This document shows positions 58,826 through 64,000 of a stretch of DNA of 64,000 nucleotides, piece after piece. The translations under genes and the position numbers were made by a program. The DNA lies in the IMG/VR virus record IMGVR_UViG_3300028394_000055, positions 28,632 through 92,631 of that record. One strand, written 5' to 3'. The first letter of the stretch is position 1, and every line of letters begins with the position of its first letter. The notes under the pieces are model-generated. The model saw only the letters and a program-made list of their open reading frames with translations. It was not told where the DNA came from and ran no database searches. This stretch comes from a virus.

Positions 58826-59626
58826 ATGAAAGATGATCAACTAACTCCTTTATTACAAAATTATTTTACAGAAGCACTCGGAGAATTAGATCCAAATTAT
58901 GATCCAATCACAGATAATATTCCACAAGGTATATACCGTAGACACGAAATACCAATTGCTGACTATTTAATGAATTTTAAAGAAACATTAACAACAGAAT
59001 TTTTAAAAGGATATAATTCTTTAGAAGAAGCAATTAACGCAGAAGGTATTAATACCTTAGAAAATAGATCAGAGTTTTCCACTGACGATCAAAAAATTGA
59101 TAATACTCATGAACTAATTAGAACAAAAACAAACAAAACTGAATCAGTCTCAAATGTTAAGGGTTGGAAAAATGTAGGATTCAAATATCAGCATCCAACA
59201 GCCGGTATTGATTATTTTTGTGATTTGTCTTACAGAAAAAAATATCCTACAGCATATAAATTAGTAGAAGAGTTTGGTGATGATTGTCCTATTGCTAATT
59301 ATTCTTATATAGCACCTCAAACTATATTGCATAGACATGTCGGTCCAGAAAATCAAAGTGGTGAATTCATAAGAATACACATACCTCTAATAATTCCAGA
59401 AGGTGATATATTTCTCGAAGTAAATGGTGAAGAAGTTGATTGGAGCGACATATTTGCATTTGATAATCAACTAGCCCATAGTGCTCATAACCTAAGTAAT
59501 GAACATAGATTAATATTTTTAATTGATATAAGAAGAAGTAGGATAGGTATGCCGCCCGGCCAAAAGTTTAATAAAGATAGATTTTTATACTCTTTATTAA
59601 AACCATTTGTCAGAAAACATCAATGA
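58826..59626 (+). CDS. aspartyl/asparaginyl beta-hydroxylase-like 2OG-Fe(II) enzyme
   Basis: HRHVG, IRIHIPLIIP, FDN...HSA.N....R..F.ID. Confidence 0.85.
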   Translation: MKDDQLTPLLQNYFTEALGELDPNYDPITDNIPQGIYRRHEIPIADYLMNFKETLTTEFLKGYNSLEEAINAEGINTLENRSEFSTDDQKIDNTHELIRTKTNKTESVSNVKGWKNVGFKYQHPTAGIDYFCDLSYRKKYPTAYKLVEEFGDDCPIANYSYIAPQTILHRHVGPENQSGEFIRIHIPLIIPEGDIFLEVNGEEVDWSDIFAFDNQLAHSAHNLSNEHRLIFLIDIRRSRIGMPPGQKFNKDRFLYSLLKPFVRKHQ

Positions 59627-59641
59627 ATTTTAAAATTTCAC

Positions 59642-59670
59642 TTGACACATGTGGTAAAATCCAGTATAAT
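59642..59670 (+). promoter_or_regulatory. sigma70 promoter of the ligase gene
   Basis: TTGACA-CATGTGGTAAAATCCAG-TATAAT. Confidence 0.8.
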
Positions 59671-59702
59671 TACTATATTATAGCAAATATCACAGAGGAA
59701 CT

Positions 59703-61016
59703 ATGAGCAATTGCGATAGTATTATTCGAATTTTAGAAGACCATCCTAGCCGCCTTAACAAAGAAGGCATTTTGGAAGCAGAAGCCAAAAGTGATAATCA
59801 GGAATTGTTTGAAGGTATGCGTATGGCCTTAGACAGTCTCTATACCTTCGGTGTAAAGAAAATACCTACACATGGCGGCCCTGATGGGCAAGGGTTACCT
59901 TGGATTGCGTTTAAAGAATTAGCACATTTGCTAGCCACTAGACAACTTACCGGGCATGATGCTCGAGATGCAATTGAACTAGCATTATCTACAAGTACAC
60001 AAAAACAATGGAATGATTGGTATCGTCGTATTCTTATTAAAGACCTACGTTGTGGCCTAAGTGAAAAAACTGTAAACAAAGTACTCAAGACATTCTCTGA
60101 AATTAAATCTGTTCCTGTGTTTGAATGTATGTTAGCGCACGATGGTGCTAATCATGAAAAGAAGATTACAGGTAAGAAACTACTAGAACCTAAACTAGAC
60201 GGTGTGCGTGTAATTACCGTAATCAATGCTGAAAATAAGACAGCAGTAATGTATAGCCGTAATGGTACAATTTTAGAAAATTTTGGACATATCAGCAAAG
60301 CAATTGAAGCAAACATTGATATGTTTGACCGTAGTATGGTCCTTGATGGAGAAATGATTAGTAGCAGTTTCCAAGAATTAATGAAACAAGTACATCGTAA
60401 AAGTGATGTTCAAAGTCAAGATGCTCGTTTGATGTTGTTTGATATTATACCACTTAGCGAGTTTCAGCGCGGTGAGAGCATGTTAGGTCAAAAACGTCGT
60501 AGTAATCTATTACGCACAATGAAGGCTGTGTTTGATAAAGTTGATAGTATTGATATCATTCCACAAATAGAAATTGATTTAGATAGTTATGTTGGTGAAT
60601 TAGAATTTAAGCAATACAACAAAGATGCTATTGAAGCAGGCTTTGAAGGTATTATGATTAAAGATGTCGGCGCACCTTACCAATGCAAGCGGAGCACTAG
60701 TTGGCTCAAAATGAAACCATTTATTGAAGTAAGTTTGGAGGTCACAAATGTTGAAGAGGGCACTGGTAAGAATGTGGGACGATTGGGAGCTCTTGTTTGT
60801 TCCGGCGTCGACGATGGTAGGGATGTACGAGTCAATGTTGGTAGCGGTTTTAGTGACTCTGATCGAACTGAGTTTTGGAATAACCGCGATAGTCTTGCTG
60901 GTCAAGTTGTGGAAGTAAGAGCAGATGCTGTTACACAAAATCAAGACGGTACTTATAGCCTACGTTTTCCGCGCTTTCTCCGTTTCCGTGGTTTTATGGC
61001 TGGCGAGAAGATTTAA
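59703..61016 (+). CDS. ATP-dependent DNA ligase
   Basis: EPKLDGVR, LDGE, FDI, EGIMIK, WLKMK, SLRFPRF. Confidence 0.96.
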   Translation: MSNCDSIIRILEDHPSRLNKEGILEAEAKSDNQELFEGMRMALDSLYTFGVKKIPTHGGPDGQGLPWIAFKELAHLLATRQLTGHDARDAIELALSTSTQKQWNDWYRRILIKDLRCGLSEKTVNKVLKTFSEIKSVPVFECMLAHDGANHEKKITGKKLLEPKLDGVRVITVINAENKTAVMYSRNGTILENFGHISKAIEANIDMFDRSMVLDGEMISSSFQELMKQVHRKSDVQSQDARLMLFDIIPLSEFQRGESMLGQKRRSNLLRTMKAVFDKVDSIDIIPQIEIDLDSYVGELEFKQYNKDAIEAGFEGIMIKDVGAPYQCKRSTSWLKMKPFIEVSLEVTNVEEGTGKNVGRLGALVCSGVDDGRDVRVNVGSGFSDSDRTEFWNNRDSLAGQVVEVRADAVTQNQDGTYSLRFPRFLRFRGFMAGEKI

Positions 61017-61017
61017 T

Positions 61018-61260
61018 ATGGAAAAAGACGCAGTAAAATCTATCATGTATGGTGGTATCAACGAACTAATGAATAATAGAGATTATTATCATCGAAGTCC
61101 TGTTGGTTCCAAATATAGTACCTGGACTGAAAAAGGTATGGCAGTATTAATGGAACACACACTTGAAATGACTCAGCGTATACAAGATGCTGAAGACAAG
61201 GCATTAGACAAACGTGCCAAAGAATTGGTAATTAAAGGTTTAAAAGGAGAGAAAGTTTAA
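61018..61260 (+). CDS. hypothetical protein
   Basis: start at MEKDAV; lies between ligase and IF-1. Confidence 0.7.
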   Translation: MEKDAVKSIMYGGINELMNNRDYYHRSPVGSKYSTWTEKGMAVLMEHTLEMTQRIQDAEDKALDKRAKELVIKGLKGEKV

Positions 61261-61262
61261 TC

Positions 61263-61481
61263 GTGGCTAAAGAAGATTTAATCACTTCTGACGGAGTGGT
61301 AGAGGAAGTATTACCTAACGCAATGTTTAGGGTAAAAATGGCCCAAGGGCCAGTGGTATTAGGACACATCTCGGGCAAGATGCGTCAGAACAAGATTCAA
61401 ATTTTAGCAGGTGATCGTGTTAAAATTGAAATGAGTCCGTATGATCTATCAAAATGTAGAATAACTTATCGTGAGAGATAA
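61263..61481 (+). CDS. infA: translation initiation factor IF-1
   Basis: AKED.I...[11 protein letters not shown]...HISGKMR...I.IL.GDRV..E.SPYDL...RITYR. Confidence 0.96.
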   Translation: MAKEDLITSDGVVEEVLPNAMFRVKMAQGPVVLGHISGKMRQNKIQILAGDRVKIEMSPYDLSKCRITYRER

Positions 61482-61510
61482 AAAAATAGCACCCTAAGGT
61501 GCTATTCTTT
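61481..61510. terminator. bidirectional intrinsic terminator
   Basis: AATAGCACC-CTAA-GGTGCTATT between convergent genes, with A- and T-rich flanks. Confidence 0.8.
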
Positions 61511-62018
61511 ATTCTAAGTATGCCGCCCAACTTGGGTGACGCAGATCAAACTTCATCTTCTTCCGCTTATCTACTAATTGGAAGTATGTAGGCTTGAATG
61601 GCTTAACTTTTGGAACAATACGTTTGTCATTACCCTTACTAGCATTACATTTGGCACAACTACAGACACAGTTCTCGTAAGTAGTCTTACCACCGTGACT
61701 AGTTGGCAATACATGATCCAACGTTGCAGTCTTGCCAGTTACATCAACTCCACAGTATTGGCATTTGAACAAGTCACGCAGGAATACATTCTGTTTGCTA
61801 AAACGCACAGAAGTTTTCTTCTTTTGGTATTCCTTTAAGATCATAACAGCGGGTACTCGGGTTTCCCAAGTTGCACTATGTACAATCCAGTCGTCATACC
61901 ATTCTAGAACCGTGGCCTTATCCGATACTAGGTATCGTATGGATTCTTCCCACGGAATTACGCTCAGTGGAAGTACAGAAATTGGTGCTGCGTCAGCATT
62001 TAAAATTAGGCAAGTCAT
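61509..62018 (-). CDS. HNH endonuclease (McrA-like)
   Basis: RD.F.CQYCG...TLDHV.P.S.GG...N....C..CN..K. Confidence 0.92.
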   Translation of the reverse strand: MTCLILNADAAPISVLPLSVIPWEESIRYLVSDKATVLEWYDDWIVHSATWETRVPAVMILKEYQKKKTSVRFSKQNVFLRDLFKCQYCGVDVTGKTATLDHVLPTSHGGKTTYENCVCSCAKCNASKGNDKRIVPKVKPFKPTYFQLVDKRKKMKFDLRHPSWAAYLE

Positions 62019-62080
62019 GATAACAATATTTATTGTAATAAAACAGTACTATTATAACATTATTATACCAAACAAGCAAC

Positions 62081-62359
62081 CTAAATTTTTATATCACTGC
62101 TTACTGGTAAATTCCAAATCTTTCTACGTTCGACACCTTTTTGTTGAGCAAATCGTTTTGGATCACAATTGCTACAAACATGAAAGTAATCATTGTTAAG
62201 ACGCCTATGATCCATAGTTCCTTTTTCTCGTTCAAACAAGGATTGACAGCAGTCGCATTGAATAACGACAACAGTTTTAGATCTACTATAAGGGTGTGAC
62301 TTTTTTAGTTTACTATATCTTTGGTAATGTAAAGTAATTTTTTTAGTTTCAATGATCAT
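62081..62359 (-). CDS. zinc-binding hypothetical protein
   Basis: CDCC...HVCSNC; GTAAATA upstream. Confidence 0.7.
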   Translation of the reverse strand: MIIETKKITLHYQRYSKLKKSHPYSRSKTVVVIQCDCCQSLFEREKGTMDHRRLNNDYFHVCSNCDPKRFAQQKGVERRKIWNLPVSSDIKI

Positions 62360-62433
62360 AACTTATTTACATTCGGATTATAAAAATCCAAACTAAATAG
62401 CATTATAGATTTAAAATTAACAAGGATCTAGCA

Positions 62434-64000
62434 ATGACTATTCAAATTATAAACACAGGGTCGGGCGCCAACTCGAGAGATGGTGATAGTATACGTTCTG
62501 CGTTTAACAAAGTCAATATTAATTTTTTAGAATTAACATCATACCTTAGTACACTAAGCAGTTTTACCACAGCAACATCATTAGTTAAAATTAGCGCGGT
62601 ACCACCTCAATATCCAGAGATTGGAATGTTGTGGTATGATGACTTTGGTGGAAGAACTTACATTTATTATGATGATTCATGGATAGATACTAGTCCAGCA
62701 ATTCCTGCGGCAGGGTACGTTGGGAGCCAAGGATTTCGTGGATTTACTGGTAGTCGAGGTGCCGGCTTTACAGGTAGTAGCGGATATTGTGGTTCAGTAG
62801 GTTACACTGGATCAACTGGTACACAAGGTGAGTTTGGATTTACCGGTAGTCGAGGTGCTGGATTTACGGGATCAACTGGTACTCAAGGTGAGTTTGGATT
62901 CACCGGTAGTCGGGGTGATGGTTATACAGGTTCAACTGGTACTCAAGGTGGAACCGGGTTTACTGGTAGTAGCGGATATTGGGGTTCTGTTGGGTATACT
63001 GGTAGCACAGGTACACAAGGTGAGGTTGGTTTTACTGGTTCAACAGGTACACAAGGTGAGGTTGGTTTTACTGGTTCAACAGGCACACAAGGTATTACTG
63101 GTTATACTGGTAGCAAAGGAACAGACGGTACTAGTGTAACAATTCTAGGTAGTTCGCCAACACTTGTAGATTTACCAGGTTATCCAACTAGTTATACAGG
63201 ACATATAGGTGATGGATATCTAACACTAGATAATGGATATTTAAATATATGGGAGGGCGTTTCCTGGATTCCTGTAGGTCGAATTATTGGATATACAGGA
63301 AGTCAAGGAGCAGGTTATACAGGTAGCACTGGTACACAGGGTGTGCGGGGATTTATAGGTAGTCGAGGTCCAGGTGCTGATCAAAATTTAGACACTACTA
63401 GTAGCGTCACATTTTTATCTGTCAATCTTAGTCCTTTGCATGACCCCGGTGTTCCTGGATTAGGAGGAATTACGTTAAGCAGTACAAATACAGATAATTT
63501 TTACGTAATAGGAACAAATTCACTTAGTACAACTACATTGCTGTCAATTCAAGGTGGCAACATAAAAATTGGCAGATTTGCTGGGTTTACTGCCTCTGCC
63601 AATACTGCATCTATTGCAATTGGACTATCTGCAGGAAGAATTTCTCAACAAGATGAAGCAATTGCTATAGGATTTCGATCGGGCTCGCAATATCAAGGTA
63701 GCCGTAGTATTTCTATTGGAAAAAATAGTGCTCTTTTATATCAAGGAGATCAATCAATTGCTATCGGTGAAGATGCGGGTCAATTTAATCAAGGTCCGTT
63801 AACAATTGCATTAGGATGGACTGCTGGAAATTATTTACAAAATACCGGAAGTATAGCAATTGGTGCTTTTGCAGGAAATATAGGCCAAGGTACTGATGCT
63901 GTGGCATTTGGTTCAACCGCAGGCATGATGTATCAAGGACCGTCATCAGTAGCTGTTGGAAATGCCGCCGGCCAAAGATATCAAGGTATAAGTTCTGTAT
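62434..64000 (+). CDS. collagen-like tail fibre/baseplate-attached protein (runs off the window)
   Basis: Open frame from ATG 62434. MTIQIINTG..AN..DGDSIRSAFNKVN.NF.EL is a gp9/gp10-like N-terminus, followed by LWYD...YIYY...W, G-X-Y repeats and 15-aa AIAIG repeats. CTAAATA upstream. Confidence 0.88.
   Translation, partial: MTIQIINTGSGANSRDGDSIRSAFNKVNINFLELTSYLSTLSSFTTATSLVKISAVPPQYPEIGMLWYDDFGGRTYIYYDDSWIDTSPAIPAAGYVGSQGFRGFTGSRGAGFTGSSGYCGSVGYTGSTGTQGEFGFTGSRGAGFTGSTGTQGEFGFTGSRGDGYTGSTGTQGGTGFTGSSGYWGSVGYTGSTGTQGEVGFTGSTGTQGEVGFTGSTGTQGITGYTGSKGTDGTSVTILGSSPTLVDLPGYPTSYTGHIGDGYLTLDNGYLNIWEGVSWIPVGRIIGYTGSQGAGYTGSTGTQGVRGFIGSRGPGADQNLDTTSSVTFLSVNLSPLHDPGVPGLGGITLSSTNTDNFYVIGTNSLSTTTLLSIQGGNIKIGRFAGFTASANTASIAIGLSAGRISQQDEAIAIGFRSGSQYQGSRSISIGKNSALLYQGDQSIAIGEDAGQFNQGPLTIALGWTAGNYLQNTGSIAIGAFAGNIGQGTDAVAFGSTAGMMYQGPSSVAVGNAAGQRYQGISSV
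62713..63130 (+). repeat. collagen-like coding repeat (GFTGSTGTQG...)
   Basis: G-X-Y triplets dominated by GFT/GYT, GST and GTQ; 36-nt near-identical units. Confidence 0.9.

Noticed and set aside
62828-63139. 103-aa ORF in the track
   Set aside because: Off-frame reading of the collagen repeat; the real gene starts at 62434.
1-64000. Stop-codon reassignment
   Set aside because: Core genes are full length in the standard code and coding density is high.

Overview
This window is a 64 kb piece of a large, T4-related (Rak2/GAP32-like gene set) tailed phage genome. The host is probably proteobacterial, inferred from the IscA/IscU/ErpA, IF-1 and SleB-like genes. Layout: (1) 1-11.2 kb: recombination/replication genes (UvsX, UvsY, UvsW, clamp-loader small subunit, dCMP deaminase, a 191-aa mini-DnaE, primase, helicase). 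(2) 11.2-16.4 kb: accessory genes. (3) 16.5-29.1 kb: a GC-richer, all-minus-strand early island of about 45 tiny ORFs behind about 24 near-consensus sigma70 promoters with shared leaders. It also carries a recurring ACCCTAC-N5/6-GTAGGGT palindrome, a structured ~210-nt non-coding element closed by a 21-bp stem, and a 480-bp cassette almost free of TC on its coding strand. (4) 28.7-29.8 kb: a mostly non-coding, repeat-rich segment. (5) 29.8-59.6 kb: a large sugar/modification enzyme locus (Gmd, epimerase, nucleotide-sugar dehydrogenase, carbamoyltransferase, two radical SAM enzymes, five paralogous glycosyltransferase-like genes, SGNH-like genes, 2OG-Fe(II) oxygenases, Fe-S assembly genes), interleaved with virion genes including a Hint-domain protein. 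(6) DNA ligase, IF-1, HNH and a Thr/Ser-rich collagen-like fibre gene running off the right end. No tRNA, rRNA or CRISPR array was seen. All calls come from motif recognition by eye; no database searches were run.
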